A stretch of DNA of 62,522 nucleotides, the filler included. It is 4 parts of 4 records of this genome, joined end to end, with 100 filler letters (N's around TTAATTAATTAA, not from the genome) between each part and the next. Parts side by side here need not be neighbours in the genome. Positions count along the whole stretch, not along the records: positions 33,772 to 51,186 come from SRR20825006_684; positions 51,287 to 62,522 come from SRR20825006_686; 2 more parts are not named here. One strand, written 5' to 3'. Position 1 is the stretch's first letter, and each line of letters begins with the position of its first letter. The notes beneath the pieces were generated by a model, which saw only the letters and a program-made list of their open reading frames with translations, made no database searches and was not told the DNA's origin. This document shows, piece after piece, positions 49,761 through 58,757 of this stretch. The position numbers and the translations under genes are program-made.

Positions 49761-51029
49761 CTAATTCAGCTTTTTGAACACGAGTGACGCGTTGGTGCCA
49801 CCAAAGCCGAATGAGTTGGACAATGCCACATTGATCTCTTTGGCCTTTGCCTTGTTCGGCACCAAATCAATCTCGGTTTCAACTGATGGGTTGTCCAAAT
49901 TGATGGTTGGCGGCGCCATATTATCGCGCATGGCCAGAACTGAGAAAATCGCTTCAACAGCACCTGCAGCGCCCAACAAGTGGCCAACAGCTGATTTGGT
50001 TGAAGACATGGTCACGTTCTTCGCATGGTCGCCCATCAAGCGGGCTACCGCGCCCAGTTCAATTTCATCGCCCAATGGGGTCGATGTGCCGTGAGCGTTC
50101 ACATAATCAATGTCGCTTACATCCAAGCCAGCGCGTTTGATCGCCGCTTGCATAGAGCGATAGCCGCCATTGCCATCTTCGGCAGGGGCTGTGATGTGGT
50201 GTGCATCGCCAGACAAACCATAGCCAACCACTTCGCCATAAATTTTGGCGCCGCGGGCTTTGGCATGTTCATATTCTTCCAAAATGACGGTGCCTGCGCC
50301 TTCACCCATCACAAAACCATCACGGTCTTTGTCATATGGGCGTGAAGCACGTTGCGGATCGTCATTAAAACCAGTTGAGAGGGCGCGACATGCCGCAAAA
50401 CCTGCCAATGAAAGGCGGTTAATGGGCGATTCCGCGCCACCGGCCACCATCACGTCAGCATCATCCAGCGCGATCAAGCGGGCGGCGTCGCCAATGGCGT
50501 GTGCCCCTGTTGAACAGGCGGTAACAACTGAGTGGTTTGGCCCTTTCAATCCGTGGCGGATTGAAACATAGCCGGACGCGAGATTGATCAAGCGACCAGG
50601 GATAAAAAACGGGCTGATCCGACGCGGGCCTTTTTCAGCGAGCGTAATAGAAGCATCATAAATGCCGCCCACGCCACCAATGCCCGAACCGATCAAAACA
50701 CCGGCCCGTTCTTTTTGTTCGTCTGTTTTGGCTTCAAAACCGCTGTCTTGAAGCGCCTGACCAGCAGCGGCCATGGCGTAAACAATGAAAGGGTCAACCT
50801 TTCTTTGTTCTTTCACGTCCATCCAGTCATCTGGATTGAAGTGCCCATCAGCAGTGTCACCAAGCGGGATGCGGCAAGCAATTTGACATGCCAAATCTGA
50901 CACATCGAATTCGTCTACCTTATTGGCTCCGCTTTTACCGTCAAGAATGTTTTTCCAGACAGTCTCCACATTGGCACCCAAAGGGCTTACAATGCCGAGA
51001 CCAGTGACAACTACTCTGCGCAACTTCAT
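49761..51029 (-). CDS. fabF: 3-oxoacyl-ACP synthase II
   Basis: TACSTG, NAHGTST, GHLLGAAG, NSFGFGG. Confidence 0.96.
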   Translation of the reverse strand: MKLRRVVVTGLGIVSPLGANVETVWKNILDGKSGANKVDEFDVSDLACQIACRIPLGDTADGHFNPDDWMDVKEQRKVDPFIVYAMAAAGQALQDSGFEAKTDEQKERAGVLIGSGIGGVGGIYDASITLAEKGPRRISPFFIPGRLINLASGYVSIRHGLKGPNHSVVTACSTGAHAIGDAARLIALDDADVMVAGGAESPINRLSLAGFAACRALSTGFNDDPQRASRPYDKDRDGFVMGEGAGTVILEEYEHAKARGAKIYGEVVGYGLSGDAHHITAPAEDGNGGYRSMQAAIKRAGLDVSDIDYVNAHGTSTPLGDEIELGAVARLMGDHAKNVTMSSTKSAVGHLLGAAGAVEAIFSVLAMRDNMAPPTINLDNPSVETEIDLVPNKAKAKEINVALSNSFGFGGTNASLVFKKLN

Positions 51030-51072
51030 TTCAGATGTCCTACCGGCTGCTATAGGGGAAATCCCCTAGGTC

Positions 51073-51186
51073 TTACTTAACAGCCTTTTCAAGGAAAGAA
51101 ACGGCGTCGCCAAATGTCTGAATTGATTCAGCAGCATCGTCAGGGATTTCTACGCTGAATTCTTCTTCAAACGCCATAACCAGTTC
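51073..51186 (-). CDS. acpP: Acyl carrier protein, C-terminal part (5'-truncated; not in the ORF track)
   Basis: [37 protein letters not shown], directly upstream of fabF; TAGGGGA-AA-TCCCCTA hairpin follows at 51053-51068. Confidence 0.93.
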   Translation of the reverse strand, partial: ELVMAFEEEFSVEIPDDAAESIQTFGDAVSFLEKAVK

Positions 51187-51286
51187 NNNNNNNNNNNNNN
51201 NNNNNNNNNNNNNNNNNNNNNNNNNNNNNNTTAATTAATTAANNNNNNNNNNNNNNNNNNNNNNNNNNNNNNNNNNNNNNNNNNNN
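51187..51286. other. Artificial contig linker
   Basis: N44-TTAATTAATTAA-N44. Confidence 0.98.
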
Positions 51287-51529
51287 TTCGGGATAGGTAA
51301 AATGCTCGTGCTCCATTAAAAAAGCAACCACATTCCCGCCTTTTCCACTACTAAAATCTTTCCAAATTTGTTTAACGGGGCTTACCATAAAACTTGGTGA
51401 GCGTTCATCTGTAAACGGGCTTAAACCCTTAAAGTTACTCCCCGATTTTTTTAACTGTACAAAATCGCCAATCACCTCCTCTACTCGGGCGGTTTCAAAC
51501 ACTGTGTCTATGGTAGTTTTGGAAATCAA
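51287..51529 (-). CDS. dnaG: DNA primase, N-terminal zinc-binding-domain region (3'-truncated)
   Basis: LKKSGSNFKGLSPF-x-x-ERSPSF-x-VSP..WKDFSSGKGG; TTG start; TATTTTTG -7 element at 51558-51565. Confidence 0.92.
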
Positions 51530-51671
51530 GTTTCGTAAATTATTAGATTTTCTTGTGCAAAAATAAGTATTTAAGCTAAGGTGAAAGTTTAAAGTATTAA
51601 GTTTAAATAATCAGAAGCTAAATAACAATAAATCTTTACTAAAACTAATATCCAATTTTTTGATTGTGTTG

Positions 51672-52058
51672 TTAACTAACTCTTGAAAGCCTCAAAACTT
51701 TTTCTACTTCTACGTCGCATTTCATCGTTTTGGTTTGTCCCATAATAAGTTTTACAACGACGTTTTTTAAATAAGCACGTTTATTATTACCGTAGCGAGA
51801 AATGTAATAATTTTTAAATTTCTCTACCGCATAGTTATCATCAATCTCAATAAATTCAATTGAATCGATGCTGTTATTGAAATTCTCATAATGTGGTGTT
51901 TGAAGGTTTTTATTCTTAGTTAAATCCAATGAAATCAAGTAGTTTTCATCGTCAATATCTTCTACAATATTTTTACAAGAAAAAAAATTTGAAATTTGCT
52001 GTCCTTTTTTTAATTGGATGTTCAGCTTAAGATTTTGTTTACGGAGGTCTCTTTTCAT
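51672..52058 (-). CDS. Hypothetical AT-rich protein
   Basis: 128-aa ORF with an A-rich leader; no motif recognised. Confidence 0.5.
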   Translation of the reverse strand: MKRDLRKQNLKLNIQLKKGQQISNFFSCKNIVEDIDDENYLISLDLTKNKNLQTPHYENFNNSIDSIEFIEIDDNYAVEKFKNYYISRYGNNKRAYLKNVVVKLIMGQTKTMKCDVEVEKVLRLSRVS

Positions 52059-52112
52059 AGTTTTAAAAATTAAGATTGAGAGCGCTCAGTTTTTGTCGAT
52101 TTAAATATAAGC

Positions 52113-52148
52113 AAAAAACCTGCACATTTTAAAAAAATGCACAGGTTT
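52113..52148 (-). terminator. Intrinsic terminator of the ECF operon
   Basis: Minus-strand AAACCUGUGCAUUUU...AAAAUGUGCAGGUUUUUU; the two mismatches form G-U wobbles only on this strand. Confidence 0.8.
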
Positions 52149-52182
52149 AAACAACGAATATTATAAAATTAAAGTGGTTTGG

Positions 52183-53256
52183 CTAATCCATATCAAATCT
52201 TAAACCCAAGGAAACATTACGTTGGTCCAACCCATTGTTTTTGAATATTGTATTTAAATCATATTTTGCATAAAGCGCAACACCCTGCCAGCCTATATAG
52301 CCACTAAGACCGTAGATAAAACTATTTGTGTTGTATTCAGATTTGAGTTTTAATTTTTCATCCTTGCCATTTTCTTCAAACTTTAATTTTTGACGAACTC
52401 CCAAATTTATTCCTGCATAACCACCCAGACCAACTTTTACTTTGTTATTTGTTGAATATCGAAAATAATCGTCGTGCTCAATCTTTTTTGAAGGTCCAAA
52501 CTCAAAGTGCACTGGCACTACCAAATTATCCATTCTAAATTTAGACTTATCCAAATATAAGGGATGTACTTGAAGTTCGGTTTGTTCTCCTGTGTCTACA
52601 AAAAAGCGATTTTCTGTTGGCTTCAACCCATTAAATTGTACGGACAATCCATATTTAAGTCTTAACCAATTGGTATTTTTAAAAACACGTGTTTTCCATG
52701 CCCAACCTATTTCTGCAAAACGACTTCCTGCAACTTTAAAGTCTGAATCTTCCAAAGATTCACCTTCGGCAACCACATTGTTTAAACCAAATGCAAAAAC
52801 AATATCTGAAGTGGTGCGTCGGTCGTATTTGCGTTTCTTATTTTTAGGACCTATGTAAATAACGTTATCATTTTCATTGTTCTTACCCACAGACCCTATA
52901 CTTATAATCAAGCCACTATCTTTATCTTCTTGAATTTTTCCATTTCTTTTTAAAAGCGCAACTTTATTATCTATAATTGCAAGTCTATTCTCAATGTTTA
53001 GTGCATGCTTTTCTGCTGCTGCTTGCTTTAAAGTTTCTGCTTCCGCTTCTGAAATTATTTCATTCTGCAGACGGGCATTTATGTTTTCCACTTCAACTTT
53101 TAACGCATTTTTTTCTTCTTCTATAATTTTTTCTTTTAGTAAAGTGAGCTGTTCCACTGTGGTTTTGGTATCGTGATCCATTTCCTGCGCTGTAGCATAA
53201 AGCGTCCCCAAAAACATAATTGCAAGTGTAATTGTGAGTGTAATTAATGATTTCAT
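52183..53256 (-). CDS. Secreted protein with an N-terminal coiled coil and a probable outer-membrane beta-barrel
   Basis: Signal peptide, coiled coil, alternating aromatic strands ending LGLRFDMD. Confidence 0.7.
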   Translation of the reverse strand: MKSLITLTITLAIMFLGTLYATAQEMDHDTKTTVEQLTLLKEKIIEEEKNALKVEVENINARLQNEIISEAEAETLKQAAAEKHALNIENRLAIIDNKVALLKRNGKIQEDKDSGLIISIGSVGKNNENDNVIYIGPKNKKRKYDRRTTSDIVFAFGLNNVVAEGESLEDSDFKVAGSRFAEIGWAWKTRVFKNTNWLRLKYGLSVQFNGLKPTENRFFVDTGEQTELQVHPLYLDKSKFRMDNLVVPVHFEFGPSKKIEHDDYFRYSTNNKVKVGLGGYAGINLGVRQKLKFEENGKDEKLKLKSEYNTNSFIYGLSGYIGWQGVALYAKYDLNTIFKNNGLDQRNVSLGLRFDMD

Positions 53257-53359
53257 TTTGTTCGATTTTTGATTATTGATGAATTGTGATGAATGATTTT
53301 AATATTGAATAATTGATGTTTAAAAGTGATCAGTAGTAACGTTGATTACGTTACTAGTT

Positions 53360-54133
53360 TTAATTATTTCGTTCTGAAACAGCGGTTCTTATTTTATTAA
53401 AACTCTCGCCAAGGGCATCGAAAACCTTATCCCTAAAGCTTTTTTCAAGCTCCCATTCCACATCCTGCAAAAGTGCTGTGGCATCTACTTTTGGATTGTT
53501 TAAAATTCGTTGCGTTTGGATTTCGCGACGGGCATTGTTTAGTAGCAATTCCACTTCTGTAACTGACACTTCCGCGTTGTTTTCTTTTAACTTTTTTGCC
53601 GATGCTACAACTTCATCAATTTTAGAATTAATAAGAATCTCTTCAGCTGAAAGGGTTCGCGTTTCTTCTACAACAGGTTTTTTCGCTTCTTCGTTTGAAA
53701 CTTTTGCTAAAGGTGACGCGTTTTTAATCTTTTCGGCTATTTCAGATTTCTTCTGAGGTTGTACTTTATAAACGTGTTCTTTTTCGTCAGAATTATCGTT
53801 TTCAACTTTAGACTTATTTTTTTCTTCGGAAGCAATTTCAACTGTCTCATTATTGTTTGAAATTATTTCAGAAGGATTATTTAAAGGCTGCTCATCAATA
53901 GTTTCTTTAACTATTTCAGTATCTACTTCAGAACTGTTTTTATTAATGAAAATTGAAGCCAAAATTAAAAACCCAACAAAACTTGCTGCAATGTAATACC
54001 ATTGTACTTTCTTCTTTTTTGGCTGATTGGCATCCAGTTTTTCTTCCAATTTTTTCCATGCATCCGCAGAAGGCTTTAACTCTCTTGTTTCCAGTTTTTC
54101 ACGCATATTATCTTCTAGTTTAATTGGTGCCAT
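53360..54133 (-). CDS. Putative anti-sigma factor (single TM)
   Basis: PSADAW helix, WYYIAAS TM, charged linker; overlaps the sigma factor stop. Confidence 0.7.
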   Translation of the reverse strand: MAPIKLEDNMREKLETRELKPSADAWKKLEEKLDANQPKKKKVQWYYIAASFVGFLILASIFINKNSSEVDTEIVKETIDEQPLNNPSEIISNNNETVEIASEEKNKSKVENDNSDEKEHVYKVQPQKKSEIAEKIKNASPLAKVSNEEAKKPVVEETRTLSAEEILINSKIDEVVASAKKLKENNAEVSVTEVELLLNNARREIQTQRILNNPKVDATALLQDVEWELEKSFRDKVFDALGESFNKIRTAVSERNN

Positions 54134-54686
54134 AACTTAAATTATTTTGTTTATTGACCCTGTTTTGAAGCATTTTTCGCGCTTTAAAAAGTTGTGTTTT
54201 TGAAGTATTTTCACTTATTTGAAGCAGTTCGCCAATTTCACTGTGTTTATACCCTTCAACCGCATACAACACAAAAACTGTTTTATAACCATCGGGTAAA
54301 CTGTCAATCAATTTTTGAATTTCATTTACTTCAAGCTCCGTTTCAATAAAAGTGGAATGTGCAGCAACATTTTCAATTTCAGCTTCAGAAATAAAATTTA
54401 GTTTTTTGTCCTTCCGAAGTTGAGAAATACTTTCGTTTACCATTATTCTTCGAATCCAACCTTCAAAACTTCCTTCGTTTTTAAAATCTTTTAAATGTGT
54501 AAACATTTTTAAAAACCCAGAAAGCATTACTTCTTCCGCCAAATCGTTATTTTTTAAATACTGTCTGCAAACACCCATCATTTTTGGTGAAAAAAGCTCA
54601 AACAATTGGTGTTGTGCACGACGGTCACCTTTGGACGCCTGAGCAATCAACTTAGAATAATTTTTATGTAACGGTATAATTTTCAA
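54120..54686 (-). CDS. ECF RNA polymerase sigma factor
   Basis: AEEV..GF, FEGWIRRI (region 2); LPDGY..EGYKH-x-EI..TSKTQL-x-KAR (region 4). Confidence 0.93.
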   Translation of the reverse strand: MKIIPLHKNYSKLIAQASKGDRRAQHQLFELFSPKMMGVCRQYLKNNDLAEEVMLSGFLKMFTHLKDFKNEGSFEGWIRRIMVNESISQLRKDKKLNFISEAEIENVAAHSTFIETELEVNEIQKLIDSLPDGYKTVFVLYAVEGYKHSEIGELLQISENTSKTQLFKARKMLQNRVNKQNNLSYGTN

Positions 54687-54719
54687 AATACGCTTCGCTT
54701 TTTAACGCTTCTATTTTAA

Positions 54720-54747
54720 TAGACGCAGGTTTTTGAAATATGGTTGC
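54720..54747 (-). promoter_or_regulatory. Candidate autoregulatory ECF promoter
   Basis: GCAACC-N16-CGTCTA upstream of the sigma gene (AAC/CGT pattern typical of ECF promoters). Confidence 0.65.
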
Positions 54748-54832
54748 CTGAGGTTTAAAAAGTTTGTAATTTTCAGTAGCAATTAACAATTTAAAAGGAT
54801 ATACTCTAACTGCAAACCGAAACTACCTACTG

Positions 54833-55810
54833 CTACTTTTTTCGGTCAATAACATAATTCACCATCAATTCTAACGATTCTTTATACGGTGAGGCTGGGT
54901 AGGTTTCTAAAAGCTGAAGCGCTTGTTGTTGGTATTCCTTCATTTTGGAAACAGCATAATCAAGGCCTCCATTTTCTTTTACAAATGAAATAACTTCGTT
55001 TACGCGTGTTTTATCTTTATTATGATTTTTAACGGAATTGACAAGCCACTTTTTGTCTTCGGAAGTAGCATTATTTATGGAGTATATTAAAGGTAGCGTC
55101 ATTTTCTGCTCCTTAATATCGATGCCTGTTGGTTTCCCAATGTGTTCATTTCCATAATCGAAAAGATCGTCTTTTATTTGAAAAGCGGTGCCAATGAGTT
55201 CCCCAAATTTGCGCATTTTCTCTACTTCTTCATCTGGTGCCATTACAGAACGGGCGCCCATTGCACAACAAGCTGCAATTAAAGTTGCGGTTTTTTGACG
55301 AATTATTTCGAAATAAATTTCTTCTGTAATATCGAGTCTACGGGCTTTTTCAATTTGCAGTAATTCGCCCTCACTCATCTCACGAACAGCAACCGAAATT
55401 ATTTTTAATAAATCGAAATCATCATTATCAATGGAAAGCAACAAACCTTTCGAGAGTAGATAATCGCCTACAAGAACAGCGATTTTATTTTTCCAAAGTG
55501 CGTTTATACTGAAAAAACCGCGACGGCGATCACTGTCGTCTACCACATCATCGTGCACTAAGGTTGCCGTATGTATAAGCTCTATGACGGATGCACCGCG
55601 ATACGTACGTTCGTTAACTTCGCCATTATTTGTCATTTTTGCAATTAGGAATACAAACATAGGGCGCATCTGTTTTCCTTTTCGATTTACTACATAATGT
55701 GTAATTCTATTGAGAAGCGATACTTTGGAAACCATAGAATTGGAGAACTTTTTTTCAAAAAGCTCCATTTCATTTTCAATGGGAAGTTTTATGCGAGATA
55801 CTATCTTCAT
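54833..55810 (-). CDS. Polyprenyl diphosphate synthase (IspB-like)
   Basis: GKQMRP, HDDVVD..RRG, KTA, FQIKDD, GKP-x-G-x-D. Confidence 0.93.
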   Translation of the reverse strand: MKIVSRIKLPIENEMELFEKKFSNSMVSKVSLLNRITHYVVNRKGKQMRPMFVFLIAKMTNNGEVNERTYRGASVIELIHTATLVHDDVVDDSDRRRGFFSINALWKNKIAVLVGDYLLSKGLLLSIDNDDFDLLKIISVAVREMSEGELLQIEKARRLDITEEIYFEIIRQKTATLIAACCAMGARSVMAPDEEVEKMRKFGELIGTAFQIKDDLFDYGNEHIGKPTGIDIKEQKMTLPLIYSINNATSEDKKWLVNSVKNHNKDKTRVNEVISFVKENGGLDYAVSKMKEYQQQALQLLETYPASPYKESLELMVNYVIDRKK

Positions 55811-55817
55811 TAAGGCC

Positions 55818-55825
55818 CAAAGATA
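55818..55825 (-). promoter_or_regulatory. -7 promoter element for the polyprenyl synthase
   Basis: TATCTTTG 7 nt before the ATG. Confidence 0.6.
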
Positions 55826-55933
55826 GTTAAAAATGGATGATGGTTTTAACCCTTTTTTTTGTTGATATTGATGTTTTTTGTAACAGAACTAAGGTTTTTA
55901 TGATTTCTTAAAAATCGCATTTTATTATTAAAT

Positions 55934-55962
55934 AAAAAGAGCAGCAAATTGCCGCTCTTTTT
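55934..55962. repeat. 29-bp terminator hairpin, copy 1 of a direct repeat
   Basis: AAAAAGAGCAGCAAATTGCCGCTCTTTTT; one mismatch to 59606-59634. Confidence 0.9.
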
Positions 55963-55982
55963 ACACTTACATTATCCTTTTA

Positions 55983-58520
55983 TTATGCTTCGGATTTTGA
56001 TTTATTACGATAAAGAGATTTATCTATACAATTCCCCATTTCTACTTTATTTAAAGGCAATCCAATAAATGCTTCAACTTTATTCAGCATCTCTTTTGGG
56101 CTATCCAAGACTTCTTTATAGTCAATATAAATTAACTCTACACCAGGTTCTCTTTCTTTCCAAACTTCAATATGGTTTAACTGCTCTTGATAAGCATTCA
56201 ATAAAGAAATAGGCAACGTATCGGTACGCTTACCAATCATTTTTTGTTGCGATTTTATCACTTCTCCCAAATCACGCTTCATAAAAATTATCTTATACCT
56301 AAATTCGGGATTTATATGTTTTAATAAAGGAGCCACAACCTTTAAAGACTTATTTTGTGCTTTTTGCATCCAAGAATTATCTTTATGCAATGCCATAACT
56401 GGTTCGTACTCGTAATACCCTTTTGGATTTGATTCATCTGCTTCCCTTTTCCCATCAGTAAGGGTATTTACACCTCCTTTATCTAACATTTGCATCATTA
56501 AAGAAGTTCCCGAACGGGGCAAACCAGACACTAAAACAATTTGATTTTCTCTGTACTTTTTTGATTCTTTATCTTTTAATTCGAGTGGATTTAAAAGTTT
56601 TTCTTCAATATTTTCTAGTGCCTTTTCTGCTCTATGATAGGTTTTAGGTTTTAGGCGTTTTGCGGTTTCGTACGCAAGTTTTGCATTCTCTAAATCTCCA
56701 AGTTTTTCTAGTGCTTCGCCAAGTGTGTAATGAGCCTCAGGATAATATTTTACTAACTCAATACTCGTTAAGGCAGTTTCTGCAGCTTCTTCATATTCGC
56801 CCAATCTAACTAACACTTCGGCAAGTCCAGTATGATATTTCGCTCTATCGCTTTCTAGTTCAATTGTTTTTTCAAAAGCATCTCTAGCTTTTTCAAATTG
56901 ACTTGTTCTTCTATAGAGTTTCGCTATTTGAAACCATATTTCGGGACTAGATTTACGTTCTTTTGCATTCATTAAAAGTTCTAAAGCCCCATTTATATCT
57001 CCTTTCCCAAGGAGAATTCGTGATTCAGCAAAATAAGTTGTGTGTTTAAATTCATCATTTAAGCTACGAAGCTTGTCTAAATACTCTTGAGCTTTATCAA
57101 ACTTTGAAAATTTAATTTCAATAGTTAGCAAGTCCATATAATATGGAATTGGGTCAATTGGGTCAGGTTCAAGAATTAATTCTAATAAAATTCTTCGTGC
57201 TTCTTCATAATCTTTTTTACCAAGATACACACGAGCCAAATTATGTTTTAAATCGCATCTGGTTTTTAAAATTGCGTCTTCTATTTTTTCTTCAGGACGC
57301 TCTATATAGCCTAATTCAATTAATTGCTCCATAGTTTCATTGTCGGTAAGTTGATCCGTTTCCCGTTCTTTCGGCAACTCTCCAAAATCTCCACTCTCCT
57401 CATCCCAACTTTTAATATATTGTACTTCTCCTGGGTCTTTAAAAATATCTAAAGCTACTTTTCCGTCCATATCTTCACCCACAGGTAAGCCGTAATGATG
57501 CAAAAGAGTAGGAGCTATATCAATTAAACCTAATCCAAAAATCTTCTCATTCTTCTTAATATTTGGCCCTTTTGCTACAAACATTCCAAATTGTCTGTGT
57601 TCCAATGCTGGAGCAGCAGGATATTTTGGCATTTCCAGAATTCTATTAGCACCAGATTCGTACCCGTGGTCTGAAACTACAACTACTGTAGTATCCTCAT
57701 CAATAAGATCTAACATACGCCCCAGCATCATATCTTGAAACTTATAAGCACCTACAACTACATCTTTATATAATTCATAGTGTCTTAGTGGCACCTCTTT
57801 TAATTTTGGAGGATAGTATTTCATAAAACCGTGACAAAAATGGTCTATCATATCGTAATATACAGCCATGAAATCCCACTCCGTATTCGCCATTGTGTAT
57901 GTTGCAGCAGAATGAACTGAAACGTTTTCAGCGAATATTTTTGAAAATGTTGACAATGACTGATCCTTATCCTGATTTATTTGAGCTGCATTTGGCACAA
58001 AAGGAAGTACGTGCTGACCAGTTACTTCATAAGGACGTAACCTTAAATCTCTTATTTTTTGAACAAATTTTTTCGGATGAATTGTGTCAGGATGTATCGG
58101 ATTCTTTTTTTTTGGATCTTTCTGAATTTTTTGAAATTTCTCAGAAATAACTACCCCATTAATTGGTTCTGCGGGGAAACTAGGCCACCAGCCTACTAAA
58201 TTACTTTTATACCCTTTATTGTGAAGTATATTCCATATTGCTCTTGTTTTTCTAGAGTTTGTAGTTACTGGACGGACACCTTTTAAATCTGGAGCTAATT
58301 CAATAAACCCTAATACACCATGTTTATCTGGGGTTTTTCCAGTTGCAACGCTTGTCCAAAGCATAGGTGAATAAGGTGGGTTCATAGTACTCATGTTGCC
58401 ATACACGCCTTCATCGATTAGTTTTTTTAACGAAGGCATTTCACCTTTTGCTAAAAGAGGTCCAATCATTTTCCAATCTGCTGCATCCCAACCAATTAAC
58501 AATAATTTATTCTTCTTCAT
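55983..58520 (-). CDS. Alkaline-phosphatase-superfamily domain, TPR repeats and P-loop sulfotransferase fusion
   Basis: LLIGWDAADW, PPYSPMLWTS-x-ATG, DHFCH, SDHG (AlkP/NPP fold); TPR array; SGLPRSGTSLMMQML and R-x7-S in MKRDLGEVIKSQ (PAPS-binding motifs). ATG at 58520. Confidence 0.82.
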   Translation of the reverse strand: MKKNKLLLIGWDAADWKMIGPLLAKGEMPSLKKLIDEGVYGNMSTMNPPYSPMLWTSVATGKTPDKHGVLGFIELAPDLKGVRPVTTNSRKTRAIWNILHNKGYKSNLVGWWPSFPAEPINGVVISEKFQKIQKDPKKKNPIHPDTIHPKKFVQKIRDLRLRPYEVTGQHVLPFVPNAAQINQDKDQSLSTFSKIFAENVSVHSAATYTMANTEWDFMAVYYDMIDHFCHGFMKYYPPKLKEVPLRHYELYKDVVVGAYKFQDMMLGRMLDLIDEDTTVVVVSDHGYESGANRILEMPKYPAAPALEHRQFGMFVAKGPNIKKNEKIFGLGLIDIAPTLLHHYGLPVGEDMDGKVALDIFKDPGEVQYIKSWDEESGDFGELPKERETDQLTDNETMEQLIELGYIERPEEKIEDAILKTRCDLKHNLARVYLGKKDYEEARRILLELILEPDPIDPIPYYMDLLTIEIKFSKFDKAQEYLDKLRSLNDEFKHTTYFAESRILLGKGDINGALELLMNAKERKSSPEIWFQIAKLYRRTSQFEKARDAFEKTIELESDRAKYHTGLAEVLVRLGEYEEAAETALTSIELVKYYPEAHYTLGEALEKLGDLENAKLAYETAKRLKPKTYHRAEKALENIEEKLLNPLELKDKESKKYRENQIVLVSGLPRSGTSLMMQMLDKGGVNTLTDGKREADESNPKGYYEYEPVMALHKDNSWMQKAQNKSLKVVAPLLKHINPEFRYKIIFMKRDLGEVIKSQQKMIGKRTDTLPISLLNAYQEQLNHIEVWKEREPGVELIYIDYKEVLDSPKEMLNKVEAFIGLPLNKVEMGNCIDKSLYRNKSKSEA

Positions 58521-58659
58521 CAATCTTTGTTTTTTGTAATTCGTTTCTAACTTTTCTCCATTCTCGCAAACCAATATCACCTAAAGCTAAGAGACCTAAC
58601 GATCCCTCAATAGTTATTTCTGCTGGAACACCAGTAGTCGAACAATTCTTATTTTTCAT
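58507..58659 (-). CDS. Unannotated 50-aa peptide resembling a free-standing PEP-CTERM-like sorting segment
   Basis: MKNKNCSTTGVPAEITIEGSLGLLALGDIGLREWRKVRNELQKTKIDEEE*; A-rich leader; overlaps the start of the fusion gene by 14 nt. Confidence 0.72.
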   Translation of the reverse strand: MKNKNCSTTGVPAEITIEGSLGLLALGDIGLREWRKVRNELQKTKIDEEE

Positions 58660-58757
58660 AAATTTTTGGGGTTTTGATAATAAAGTTATATTTTTATAAG
58701 CGAATTTAATATTAATAAAGTTCTTATTTTGGATTGAACTTAAACATGCCCTAAATT

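Noticed and set aside
51287-51529. Primase zinc-binding domain lacking Cys/His ligands (LSPF, KDFSS)
   Set aside because: As I recall this is a common Flavobacteriaceae DnaG variant rather than a novelty.
58521-58580. ORF-track N-terminal extension of the phosphatase fusion
   Set aside because: ATG at 58520 gives a typical start, and this stretch is better explained by the overlapping 50-aa peptide in another frame.
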